A DNA stretch of 64,000 nt from Eukaryota sp. GEM-RC1 (Eukaryota). A program made the translations under genes and the position numbers. Below the pieces are notes generated by a model that was given only the letters and a program-made list of their open reading frames with translations, was not told the origin of the DNA and searched no databases. Positions 51,765 through 64,000 of this stretch are shown here, in pieces. The stretch is taken from NCBI GenBank assembly GCA_040285855.1, contig JAUFOQ010000005.1:310001-374000 (forward strand), in the 5' to 3' direction. Numbering within the stretch: position 1 is the stretch's first letter; every line of letters begins with the position of its first letter.

Positions 51765-52976
51765 ACAGCTCTTGAATCAAACTGCTCAGGTGAAGCATAC
51801 TTAGGACTCATAGAATTTGGTCTGGTCACTAGAGTTGTGGCTGCAAGGTTTTTAGAGGTACCAAAATCAGCAACTCTAACGTGATCATCAACTAAGAGAG
51901 TGTTGGTTGGTTTTTAAGTCTCAATGAACACTTTTTGTCTAGAACCAACACTGGCTGGTAATACAGCAGGATGGTTGATGGGAGGATCTTCCTCATTGCA
52001 ATTGATAATAGCCGGAGTAACAACCACAGACTTCATAAGTAGAAACTTCACTGTTTGGTCAGGTTCTTTAGAGTATCCAAGAGTTGTTGAGTGACCAGAA
52101 GTGTAAACGTCACCATTTGTTAACTCAACACACTATAATTCCTTCTTTCAATGGAAGCTACGGAACTTTGGAAGGAGAAGCATCATGATGATGTTTTTCA
52201 GACACTGCTAAACACTGTTTTAATGGAAGAAGTGAGATCGATGGAGTGACCAAAGAAGGAAGAGATGAAAGTAGAGAAAGACTCGGATGATATGGGTAAA
52301 TGAGAGAAGTCCAACAAATCAGTAGTCAATTTGATTTCATTTAAATTTAGAATCAAAGTGGTTCACAAACAAAGCCCAGTTGATCTTGATGGTTACGTCC
52401 AGAAGTGTAAACGTCACCATTTGTTAACAGAACTAGAGAATGACTATGAACAGCAGAAGCTTGTTTAATAGGATAAGGAAGTTGGAAGATTAGGATGGTA
52501 AGTCAGTTTGATTTAAGGGAATTTCACCGTGTTTGTTTGGAAAAACACCTTGACTGTTATGCTACTAAATTCAAGTGGTCAATGAGTTTGTTCACTTGGA
52601 AGTAGTGGACGAGATAGAAGAAGTCATAAGCATTGCTCTCATTGAGGGTGAAAGATTGTCCGAAGAAGGACTTGAACAACTATTCAACAAAAAACTATGA
52701 AGTTTTTTAAATTTAATATTTTCCAAGGATTCGATTGACATTGGTGAAGTAACATTGCCAAGAACAAGTTTCACTTAAGTCATCTAGATCAATTGAATCA
52801 CGTTTCCAATCAAAGATCCTAGTAACAATGAGTTTGTGGGAAAATAGAGTCAGCATCCACAACAAGAGAGGTAGAGGAAGATGAAGAAGAGAGATCAGAG
52901 CGTAACGTACCTCCATTAAGGAGAAGAGTATCAGTTAAAGTGAGAGTTGAGTGATCTTTGAAGAGGAGAACGACAT
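51765..52976 (-). pseudogene. Decayed gene or genes with RCC1-like repeats and a kinase fragment
   Basis: HSLVLLTNGDVYTSGRNHQDQLG (about 52375-52445), a second LTNGDVYTSG (52095-52124), and VH*DLK..., RVADFGTSKN, PKYASPEQFD (about 51775-51930). Confidence 0.7.
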
Positions 52977-53774
52977 TGGCGGACAGATTTAGAGAAGATA
53001 TAGTGACGTGATCATCAATAGTGACTGCTTATCATTGTAAGTGTTTTTACAACAAAGTGTTTGTCTCTTGGTGGTCAACTTCTAGTAAGTTAACTTTTAC
53101 TTCACAAATAACTTTCTGCAACTTTTATTTGCATATTTAATCCACAAAATTTCATAACCAATAATCATCAACTTTGAGTGCTTCTTTTTGTGTAACATTT
53201 TGTATCATATGTTAACTGTATTGGTCAATTAATAGAATCATCACACTTTTCAAAATTTAGTCATGCTTTGACGTAAATGAATAGTTAACCTCATTTACAA
53301 ATATAATATAAAATATATATATGGAAGACCAATAAAACTTCTACAAAGAGTCATTTACAGGATCAGCGTTTGGTCTGAACTGCAACATCAAGATAACCAC
53401 CCCCTAACGACTACTTACTTTCGCAACGATTCTCAGCTGGATTCAGAAGACTTTCTACATATACTTTTTTTTGGTGATTTTGGGATAAACATCGAGTCTG
53501 ATAACTTAGAATTGGCTTCGTCATTTAACGGTCGTTATGATCACTTTTCTTCTTTTGCTGGGAATTGAATGCTCTCTTCTTGTGTTTTTCATATTCCCTT
53601 CACTGACGATCTCATCAAAAGTTCGAAACAATCATAAAACAGACCTATATTTTCAGCAAAACTTGTTGATTTTGATTGATCTCCACTTCTTGAAATGTCT
53701 CTTAAAGTCTACTCTTGGAGTGGATTATGACCCATTTGGTCGCATTTTCTTTAGTTTGATCCAACAACTGCCTA

Positions 53775-53880
53775 CCGTATTTGACAAGTATTGATCTAGG
53801 TGAAAAATTCTATCGGAGGCGAAGAAGCTAGACCATTGACGCAGGCATTAAATGTCAACAGTACAATTAAAATCTTAATG
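53775..53880 (+). pseudogene. Fragment of an RNI-like LRR gene
   Basis: LTSIDLGE(fs)NSIGGEEARPLTQALNVNSTIK. Confidence 0.5.
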
Positions 53881-54894
53881 ACATAGCTTACGTAATCAAC
53901 ACTTTATCCGGTATCCAAATAGTAACCTTACCACAGAAATATTAAATTTTAACAATCGAAAGATACTAAGAAATATATTTTCAAAATCTATTAGTGTAAT
54001 AGATTGTTTTTTTCTTTGGTAGTTCAGAAATTAGTCTGAAAGAATTTTTGTCAATTTGAAAGAATCAAAATTACCAGTAGAATTTGTCGAAACTACAAAC
54101 ATTAGTTATAAAGCTATTTTAATAATAACTGTGGAATTGATACCTTCATACACTGTGTCAAATTTACGGCTGTGTATCAACAATATGCAAAATCATTTTT
54201 CACATTATTACTATTGTCGTATGTGCTTGGAATTTAAAATTCGTCGGAAAGTATAACAAATACCGTATTTGCTATTTTTTGTTCGATTTGAAAAACGTTT
54301 TTGTGTGCTTGCTGTATAGTCATTCGATATGTGAGCTGATAGGTATAATAATATTAATTAATACTTGAATATTTTGACTTCTATCAATTTAGAATTCTAA
54401 TAAATGTCTGTAACCAGGGCGGCGAAAACAATACCGTATAAAAATAAAACGTATTCTAAAAGAGCATTAAGGCCCTCTCTAGATCACGAATGAAGACTCT
54501 CGATTTTCCACTTCATGGTACCAGAACCCTGTATAAAAGCGTTCTTAGATAATCAGTTCTTGTGCTCTTTATCTTTGATTGTTTTTAAGAGTAGCTACAA
54601 CTAATCATATCCATGGTTCTTCTTCATCACAGTCTTACACTGGTTGTGGCTAGGTGGTTTGGCTTCTTCTGTTTTCGTTAGTTTCCCAACGTTTCAGCAC
54701 TGAATAGTTTGAAAAGCCAACCGTCGCTATAACCCGATCTCTAATGCTTCTTAGGTAACAGTAATTTGGCTTTTTTTGTACTTTGTTGATTTGTATTATA
54801 TGATACCATTTGGTGTATTTTGTTGTAGTCCATGTTTGATTTAGTTGCTGCAAAAAAATTGATATTTGTATGTAATTAAATAAAAGTTACAAGT

Positions 54895-55169
54895 ATATTG
54901 ACCAAAGGTTTCAAGTTTTTCGATAGTAAAGCAGTTGTACATGGAGATCTCAAGCCAGAAAAAACGTGTTGATTGTGGATGATAGAATCAGAATTGCTGA
55001 TTTCGGAACTTCTAGAAACATTGAATCAACTTCAACCCTTCCAAGAACTAATGCAATGACTGTTCGTTATGCCGCTCCAGAACAATTCGACAACATGATC
55101 ACTCCTCAAAGTGACATCTACTCACTTGGAATTATCTTGTATGAATTGTTCCAAAACAAAAGGATCTAA
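54895..55169 (+). pseudogene. Protein kinase fragment (subdomains VIb-IX)
   Basis: VVHGDLKPE, IADFGTSR, YAAPEQFD and SDIYSLGIILYE. No N-lobe upstream. Confidence 0.8.
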
Positions 55170-56684
55170 AATATCACAAATTTGAAAAGCGTTGTTCAAT
55201 TTAAATGTGTTCAAATATCTTCCTTTTCAGGGAAGTAATGGATAGCGTTCAATTCTAGGTGATAATCACCCCAACCTCGACCATCGCGTAGTGAGCTCAA
55301 CCGTTGAGCCCACTTAAAGAAGTTCAACGGCGAGTTGGATTGAAGTCATCTGCGTGAAACCGAGAAGATATAGTGACGTGATCATCAATAGTGACGGTAA
55401 TCGTAGAAGGAGGAAGATCATTTATCTGAATGCCACGTGGCATACAGGATTGCCAGTTAATTCCTTCAGACCAAAGTCCGTCAGTTGAAGCACTTCACTG
55501 TTAGGTCAAACCAAGTACGTAGTAGAAGGAGTCCGATGATCATGCTGAACTGCATAGAGCTAAGTGTTTCAACAAAATACAACCTCTTGTATTCATTGTT
55601 TTTGAATTACATATAAAAATTTATTTCATTTAAGCTTCTTCAATCAGTGTTATCCATTTTGAGAAAAGTCTCAAAACAGCGTTTTTGCACAGTTGGTTCA
55701 TCTTGATTTTGATATTTTCCAAATCTATTTTTCGTTTTACACCATTTTTCAAAAGTGTCACATGACACCAAGCGTTTGACGCTTGAAGATGTCGCAGGAA
55801 AGATGCATTGATTTGAAAAACAGTTTTATTTTCAACAATGTCGAAATCAAAATGTGCAGAAAGGAAATTAGTGACTTCTTTACTTCCTCATCGACAACAT
55901 AATCACCTAAAATCAGAGCACCGTTCAGTCTACACCACGTGCAATTATGAAGAAAGTAACTTTAAAATATGTTGGGATGTTTGGTTTTTAGTTCTATGTC
56001 AACAAATGGTAGACATGGAAAAGAAAAACCAGATAAAGGATTGTTAGCTGTCTAGCATGGTAAGTGCTTAACGTAATAGTGTTGGTTATTCATTTCATTG
56101 ACAGTTTCCACACGAAATGAGTTTAATTGATTCCGTCATTTGACTATCGCATGCACTAGAGTTACTTATGTGTAATGGACGTAATCTCATAAGTGAACTT
56201 CTATTTTTAGCCCTTTCTCTGTATCCTATGTAACTTACATTATTCTCTTTGCACTCAAGTATATCAAGTACACAAACAGAACAATGAGTGCCTTCGAATC
56301 TACACGTCATCGTCTTCAACTATTAAGTAAAGCTAGATCATTGAGTGTACATTCTACCAAAAATTGATTGTGATGAAAGAACTGGAATACTAACCCTTCA
56401 AGAACAATGACGTACTTGATCATGTGATCAATGAAGTTAATTCCGAGTCATAGTTTTGAACACGAAAGTGTTTTCAACTGAAATATATTAACCAATTGTA
56501 AAAGCAAGTCAGACTATAATCTTTTGTTACATTTCTACTAACACGTGTGTGGCTTGATCAGTCTTAGATCTGGCAAAAATCATTTATGTGGCTCTCTGTG
56601 ACCGTGAAAACAAGAGTGTCGATAACTGAGCTCTAACAAAGTCTACTCATTTCGTTGTAAGAAATCACATTAAAGTAATATTTA

Positions 56685-56872
56685 TAGTCGAAATTTGTGG
56701 TTGAATTGGTTAAAGTTTGCGTTGTTTCGTTCAATGTACAGATTTGATAATTCAATTTTAGGTAAGTTGTTCGGTGAAGGACAGAAGGATCATATTTTAG
56801 ATACTCTAGTTAGTGTCTGTTAGTTATTATTGTTTACGAAAGCTCTAATATCACTGCTTGCTTATAAACCCC
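56685..56872 (+). mobile_element. Extreme 3' fragment of the CRE-type retrotransposon subfamily seen at 2835..4307
   Basis: gtttgcgttgtttcg.tcaatg.acaga and ttgttcggtga.ggacagaaggatcata.tttagatact match about 4075-4250. Confidence 0.75.
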
Positions 56873-58392
56873 GTTTTTGTATAATCGAATTCATATCGGA
56901 ATAGTAGATTTGTTCTTGACAAAACGTACGTTAAACCGTTGGGTATTGATAGTAAAACTGACGGATGAAGAAGAGATATCTATATGATTCGTCTTCTGTC
57001 ATCATTCCCACATCAGCAGTGAGCTCATCGAAACTAAGCTCATCGAAACTAAGCCTTTTCAACTTCACTTGTTCACTGTGAACTGATATTAAGTTCTGAA
57101 GAGATGAGATCTATACGTGGATGTAATAGTTAGAATAACCACTTAAACACGTGTGTGAGGAAATGCAGAGTACATTGTCAAAAGGAACTTTTTATCGAAT
57201 CCTTCGCTCAAATCACTGACTCAGATTCTCAATTTGCAGGTAGAGTTCTGGTCATCATTAACTTCAGAATGTGATGATTTTGAATGGAGTTCGGATGATA
57301 GACGTAAGGTATTTCCATGGCAGAACGAATGGGAGCAAGAAGATTTCTTAGCTGAAATGCACCGTATTTACCAAGATCAACTTGAGAAAGAAGCGAAGGA
57401 AAAAACAGTAACGACGTCTTTACAAGCGTCGCCACTCTACTAGGGACCGCACTACATCCAAAACAGATTCATGTTCACCAAGTCTCACAAAAAGGAGATC
57501 TTGCAGTGATTTTAGTATTAACAAATCGAAGAAATCAAATACAAGAACTTTTTCAATATTTACAAATGTCATTTAAATAAAGAATAAATTCAATTTCTAG
57601 TGAGTCTAATTGAAACAATCGTTGTAGTTTGTTCGTTCGATTTTAGCCTCGTTTGAGAACCAACGAAGTCAGGAGTAATTCTTGTACTACTGGTCAATCA
57701 TCGGCATTTACGGTTATTCCAACATCAACAATTTGAAGTTCAAAAGAAGACAATACCAGTAATTGCTGAGCTGAGAATGCAGATACACGTGATAGAAAGA
57801 GTGACACTGCATTGAAGAATTTAGATACACCAATAAAAACTATGTATGTCAGTATAGATGATATTCTATAATTGTGATTGTAATTAAAAGGCGTTTTCTA
57901 TGAATGAAGTAGATACTGTGATGTCATGAGAATAGCCTGTTGAGAAACAGTAATTTGATGGTCGTAAATTACTGATTTGGGATATGATAATAGGTGCAAT
58001 GTTGCCCTAAATTTATCCTTACAATTTTACCATATGTAATTGTCATCTGTTCAGTAATGCGGAATCAGAATCAGACCTTGCCCTACTTACTACTCTTACA
58101 ACAGTTAGAAATGCAATTGCATTCTCTTCAAGTCTCCTGAAAAAAACACGTCATCTCCTTGATTTCCCAAATGTTCTAGAACCAATACCGCATTGATGCC
58201 CAAAGTAGTTTTATTCACGTTTTGTTATTTTTACTATGTGTTGTACTTTTTAGGCACTTTTTGAACTATTAGGTTCGTATTCTTTCTGGTTATAAGGTTT
58301 CAAATATTGTTGTAAATGCGAGTACTGATGACCTTACATCTTTACTGATTAAAGTAAATTGAATGATAGTAAAACTCAAAAAAATACTCAAT

Positions 58393-60866
58393 CTACAGTA
58401 AATGTATTTTTACAAAACCATCTCCATCATTATTTCTACTAGTATTTACTGGATTTAATCCTGAATTGAAGGATCCAGCTCCATACGAGGGGTATGTATT
58501 GTTGCACTGACAAGTAGGAACTACACTACCCCCGCTATACCCCCCACCTCCTCCTCCTTCAGTATAAGCACCTCCACCACCACCAAATCCTCCGTGAGCT
58601 GTAACAGAAGTATCAGTACCACTTTGACCACCCATTCCTCCATTAAGAAAGGACTTACCTCCAGTACTACTACGATTACCATTCTGACCATCAAGAGTGA
58701 ATCCACCTCCGCCACCGCCATATTCTCCTTTACCAACACCTTCAGTGAAATCTACTCTACCATCAGGTCCGTTTGTTTTCCATTCACTAAAATTCTGCCC
58801 ATTACCACCTCCTGCAACTATTAAAGGAGAAGAATCCAAAACCACAAAGGAACCACCTCCACCTCCTCCTGCATCAGTGCTACCACCTTTAGCATTACAC
58901 CCAACCTGACCAACCAATATTTTAATAATTTGACCAGATTTCAATTCAAACTCACCAATCATTACTGCTCCTTTTCCAGGTTTAGTTGAAGTGTTATAAT
59001 TATTATTACCACCTCTAGCTCCAGCACATTCAATTCTATACATTCCAGTTAAAGGTACAGTCCAATGTTGAATTCCATCAATAACATTGAAATTTTTAAT
59101 ATTTTTAAAATATTCATGGTTATAAGCACCAATACAGTCCTCAAGAGAAGGTCCAGTTCTACCTGTTTTTCCTGCATTAGTAAAGGTAAATGGAAAAGGA
59201 ACTGAAGACATGACAAACTCCTTATACTGAGAGTTAGTTAGTGATAATTGAGAGTTACTTTGCTTTAAATTCTGAACAAGATCGTCAAGTGTTTTCTTTT
59301 GCTGGGACATAGTCAAGAGCTCATTTTTTTGAAAGTTTAACACTAGTAAGGCATTATCAGCAAAATAATGTTGGAAGAATTGACACAGTTTTGAGTCATT
59401 TTTAATTCTGCAAATATTTCAAAAATAGCAACAGGATCTGTCACCTTCAAATCAAAACCATTCACACATTCATGAAATACGTCAACATCCCAATCAAAAT
59501 TTCTCCAAGAATCAACAAGACTTTTGGCCAAAAACGTTGAATAATCAGCTGTAACTGAAGGAGAAAGAAGTTTAAAAGCTAAAGGTGATGGAGAAAATCC
59601 TTGAAAACTATGTAGAATCTCAAAAGGAACAACTTTCATAAAATTGACAACATAATATTCAAGATCAGATTTAGCTCTATCAGCAGCTTGAAAAGTCCAT
59701 AAAAACCAATGAGGAGGAATTTTCTCCAATTGTTTAATATTTGGAAAATTATGAATTGACCATTGTAATAAAACCGACTCAAAAGATTTTTCATCAAATA
59801 AATGTTGAATTAAAGTGTACAGATTGTTGTAATCAAATTGATGAATGTCAATCAACTTTAAAATAGAATTTAACTCTTGACTGGTTAATTCTTGATTTTG
59901 AAAAGTTTCTAAAAGACATTGAATAAGCCACCAATTATCAACAACAGGAAACAATCTTTGAAGTATTTCAACAGACAATGGTAATGAATCGAGTTTCAGG
60001 GGTTGCGAAAGATTTTTAAAAATATCTAAAATTTCTTCAACAAATCCTATTTGATAACGAACATTTGCTAAATTCAAAAGAGACAACAATTCCGAATCAG
60101 TAAAAGTATTCGTTAATAAAAATATCTTACAAGCTTCCAAAAGCTCTGGAACTTGGAAATAGAACGACAATTGATAAAAACTTAAAACATTTGAAATATC
60201 AAGCTTAATTGAATCTGAATAGAACAAATTAAAAAATTGATCAAAAATCTTCTTCCACTCCTTCAAATGCTGATTCATAAGTGATTTTTCGATCATTTGA
60301 ATCAATAAAACTAGTAGAGAATTGGTTCAGAAAAGTTGCCGACGTGGCAACTAAAATTAGGGTATTTGTTTGAATGTGTACTTCCTTGTAAGTAATTGAC
60401 ACGTCACTAGGGGCAAACTTTTTAAAATTAGACACAATCACGTCATGATTTAATTGGAAAGTAAACGTTTCTGTCAGGTTCAATTCAGACTGAAAAGAGT
60501 AGCAAGAAAATCAGAGAGGTTAGTATATTTCAAGTAAGTAGCCAAAACACCAGTTGCATAGATATCTTGAAAAGTTAACTTCAGAGGGAGACCGTAGAAA
60601 GAGTCCAAGACATTGAAGAAGAGGGAAGAATCGGGAAGCAGATGGAAAAGGAGATCGAGATCATCTACTTTGGAGGAAGAAAACAGTTTGGTTTTGAGAA
60701 GTTCACTGAAGAGAGAAATCACTGCAGAATGACAAGGAAACTCGTCATCGTGAAGGGAAATGGAGGAGTCAATGAGAACACCTTCTTTACGAAGATTCCA
60801 AAGCTTTGAAGTGATTATAAACGGAGGGAAGGTGAAGGTTTGGGTAGGTGAAGATACAGTCCTCAT
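58393..60866 (-). CDS. BTB/POZ-domain protein with coiled coil and C-terminal glycine-rich (ALK/LTK-like Gly_rich) domain; split by three frameshifts
   Basis: N-terminal DSSISLHDDEFPCHSAVISLFSELL and a second BTB-like SDVSITYKEVHIQTNTLILVATS. C-terminal WTVPLTGMYRIECAGARGG, ILVGQVG, GGGGGGSFV and GDGFVKI. Confidence 0.85.
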
Positions 60867-60963
60867 ATAACAACCAGATCTGAGATGGAACTAAAAGAGA
60901 CAAATGTCATTGCTGTTGCTCATGTGCCAATGCAACATCAATCTCATACATACATCCCCACAC

Positions 60964-61422
60964 TAGAGATCCCAATTCGCTTGGGTGGGGTCACTCTACC
61001 TTCAATATTTGAGAATCACCCCAGATGACCCCAAACCTACTACTGGGTGAAGTCCCCCTTCACTGAACTCACCCAGGAAATGTAGCAACTGATACTTTTA
61101 AAAAGTATACTATTGATCAATTGTAGCCCACCATCCCTGCTGCACATTACGGGAACGCTAGACATTAAAGGTCTGGAAGTTACTATGAAAAATTGTCGTA
61201 CAGAACTCCTGTTTTTACTTTGATAACCTGCATTGATTCAAATCGAAATTAAAACTGGCCAAATACAAAATATACTCAAAATTAAGCCAAGAAAACATGA
61301 AACACACATACTTGTATACAAAATTGTGATTCAATGATATGGAAGATCACTCGGATCACTCCACCCCAGGATGAAATCGACCCCGAATCACCACAGAACA
61401 CTATAATTGGTGACACCATCTA
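60964..61422. mobile_element. Possible decayed hAT-type MITE with CACCCC/GACCCC subterminal motifs
   Basis: Ends TAGAGATCCCAATT and AATTGGTGACACCATCTA; motif clusters at both ends; no clear TSD. Confidence 0.35.
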
Positions 61423-62243
61423 GGTGGTATTACAAAATGAGACAAAATTTCTTGGTCAAGAACAATTCCAAACATAATGTATGATGAGAGAGTAAGTACT
61501 TTAGCAACATGTGATTAATGCCGACTGATTAGGATGTACTTTGATTTCGTTTGGGACTAAAAAGATGGTGAAAAATACATAAACATGATGTTATTTGCCT
61601 ATCATAACTTGAAAACTTTTCCTCTTATAATAAATGTAGTCATACACTAAGAATCACAATGATCGTATTAAGGAGTCATGGATTAAAGATGATGGTATGA
61701 TCAAATTTTGCACTTGTGTGGTTTTCAAACACTGAGAATTGATGAGTTCGTAATTGTCTTAAAAATGACACACACAGAGTGCGATTAACCGTTGGTAGCT
61801 TTGTTAACATTTCACAGAATTTGAGACTAAAAGAAACACCAAATAGTTACTCGGAAACATCTACAACCATAAACAGTCTACACGATATGAGACCACTGAA
61901 GTACAATGTTGTACGTTACTTTTGGTGAAGAGACATTCTTCGTCGTGACCGCTTTAGTGAAAAAACACACTACATGTAATTACATTTCGTGGTTAAAAAA
62001 TTGGATAAGCTGTATTTAATTTTTGCCAAACCCAAGTCTTGTTGCTGATCGTATTCATTTTTCATTTCCGTTGTAATCAATTGTACATGCATCACACAAC
62101 AAGGAATTTGCATCTATGTATATACTATTAGGTCTAAGTAATAAATTCTCAATAGCGACAGAGTGATTATTGGTTCTTTATGTCAATTATAGGTGCACTC
62201 TTCTAACAAAAGGAAATTATTTACTGTAAACTAATCTTTCGAC

Positions 62244-63632
62244 ATGTTCAGCAACCTCTCAATTGGTGTTTCCCATCCAATACTCTACCCCAAAAATGCC
62301 ATGATTGAACTAATACATGATCATGGCGGTGTACATGGCGTACATGGCGACCATTTACATCTGTTAATCTGCTCTACTTCTGAAATGTCCAAAGAAACTA
62401 AGATATATCATCAAGCTCTTGCTCAAGATGTTCCCGTTGTTTCTGAAGATTGGTTTGAAGCTGCCATTTCTTTAGGAGAATTACCTTTGGTCAATCAATT
62501 TCCACCTCAACTATGTTCTTCTCAAAGTCACTGTCTTTCCCCTGTACTAACTCTCACTTCACTCGCTGAAAAGAATCTGAATCCTGAGCAGATCCACTTC
62601 GTACTTTCTGAATCTGATTTGGTGTATAAAACCTTGCAAGCCAATACTCAACTTCTCGTTTGCTCTGAATCAGAGGCTACCAAAACACCTCCTCTCCCTA
62701 AACTTTCCACTGCCCATACTCGTCAAATTCCCATTGTAACCACTGCTTGGATCACAGAGTCCTTTGCTGCCAAGAAACTCATTGACTACTCACGTCATCT
62801 ACTCACTCCATTGTATCCCACTTACAATCCTGAGGCCAAACGATCACGTCTCTCTTCTAATGTTGAACCTCTAGATCATCCTGGCTTTCTCTTCAACATT
62901 CTTCTGGGTTCTCACTTCAAGTTTCCCATACTTAAACCACGACTTCTTTTGGCTCTACATTGGCTCTTAGGAACAGAAGAACAATCAAAAATGATTTGGG
63001 ACCGAAATAAATCAATGTTTGGAGCTTTTGTTGATCGATATCCTGGTGGACTTAGGGTAAACTTTACTGGAGAAAGGTTGTGTTATAACTGCTCAAAATC
63101 AAGAGCAATGACTGACTTTAAGATCTCAGAATCAGAGTTGAACTATTTGCTTGGTTCCAATGGTAAATACAATTTGATTGAAGTCAAGGAACTTTCTCTT
63201 TTTAAACATGGTCTTGATGACTATAGAAGGGTCAGAGACAGGAGAGAGAAGTTTCTGTATAGAAAGCAAGAAATTCGTGATGAAAGAGTTTCCTTTATTC
63301 ACCATTATTTACGGTTTACTTTGAATTTCAGGGACTTTTTGTGGACCTCGAAGATCATTAATTCTGATTATTGCTCTGATTTCCTAGCGAATGGCAAAGG
63401 AAAAACTAATATGAAATCACAATTAAACAAGATTGTTTTTATACATAACCTAACCAAGGACTACTCAGATTCTGATAGAGAACTTGTTCTTGAACGTCTT
63501 AGACTTACTGCAGAAGTGACAGAAGAGATGGTTTTACGAGAAGTTCGCACAGTTATTTGGAATCGAAAGTATGGTAATAAGACCAAATACTTCACCATTG
63601 AAACACAAAAACTGAATTTATTGATGGTTTAA
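62244..63632 (+). CDS. Tandem BRCT-domain protein with an XPA/Rad14 C-terminal-like segment
   Basis: Uninterrupted 462-aa ORF. BRCT signatures HLLICS...VPVVSEDWFEAAI and QLLVCS...IPIVTTAWITESF. Later CYNCSKSRAMTDFKISESEL...YNLIEVKELSLFKHG. Confidence 0.8.
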   Translation: MFSNLSIGVSHPILYPKNAMIELIHDHGGVHGVHGDHLHLLICSTSEMSKETKIYHQALAQDVPVVSEDWFEAAISLGELPLVNQFPPQLCSSQSHCLSPVLTLTSLAEKNLNPEQIHFVLSESDLVYKTLQANTQLLVCSESEATKTPPLPKLSTAHTRQIPIVTTAWITESFAAKKLIDYSRHLLTPLYPTYNPEAKRSRLSSNVEPLDHPGFLFNILLGSHFKFPILKPRLLLALHWLLGTEEQSKMIWDRNKSMFGAFVDRYPGGLRVNFTGERLCYNCSKSRAMTDFKISESELNYLLGSNGKYNLIEVKELSLFKHGLDDYRRVRDRREKFLYRKQEIRDERVSFIHHYLRFTLNFRDFLWTSKIINSDYCSDFLANGKGKTNMKSQLNKIVFIHNLTKDYSDSDRELVLERLRLTAEVTEEMVLREVRTVIWNRKYGNKTKYFTIETQKLNLLMV

Positions 63633-64000
63633 TATCTCATCTTGATATGGAAAACTTCATATTAAATTTTAAACAAGATAGAATGCTGGCAAAAACACTT
63701 ATCAACAAGCTTACTGTAGATTGTGCGGAAGCTGTAAGGTGGTCTGTCTTCCATCGACTCCAAAAAACTGAAATAATTACTGAAAATTTAATTCAAAAAA
63801 AAATAGGTCAAGCTACTTGGGAATTGAAATATTCACTGGCTTTTGATAATTCAGGGGACATTGGTAATACAAAGGCAGATTATTTATCTGGAGTTATTTC
63901 AGATGAACAAATGCAAGAAATAATCAAGACGTGCAATGAACAGAATACTCAATCACGTGCTCAAAAGAAAGCTAAGAAAAGAGCCAGCTATAAGGCTAGA

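Noticed and set aside
57022..57054. 15-bp tandem duplication AGCTCATCGAAACTA x2
   Set aside because: Isolated slippage-type duplication with no wider structure.
57234..57443. Small acidic Trp-containing ORF faintly like DSS1/Sem1
   Set aside because: No in-frame ATG near the start and the similarity is only compositional.
58521..58909. Alternative-frame and antisense ORFs over the Gly-rich domain, and similar shadow ORFs over the RT and kinase genes
   Set aside because: By-products of biased codon content in the real genes.

Overview
AT-rich (about one third GC by eye), apparently intron-poor eukaryotic DNA, probably from a protist (inference). Most ORF breaks fall in homopolymer runs, which points to long-read consensus errors. 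The main structure is a giant inverted repeat: the left arm (1..19933, running off the window start) and the right arm (28360..48283) are near-identical and enclose an 8.4-kb single-copy spacer (19934..28359). Each arm carries a near full-length CRE-type non-LTR retrotransposon (RT + restriction-like endonuclease), older decayed copies of that family, two paralogous multi-pass membrane protein genes, several MITE/hAT-type elements and the body of a large LRR-repeat gene. The 5' head of the LRR gene lies only in the spacer, and its last repeat is interrupted by a TA-flanked MITE. The spacer also holds a multi-TM CAMKK-like kinase and a putatively myristoylated PD-(D/E)XK-like protein. Right of the repeat are a decayed hAT transposase, pseudogene fragments (RCC1, kinase, LRR), a BTB + glycine-rich gene and a tandem-BRCT gene with an XPA-like segment. 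No rRNA, tRNA or CRISPR array was seen.
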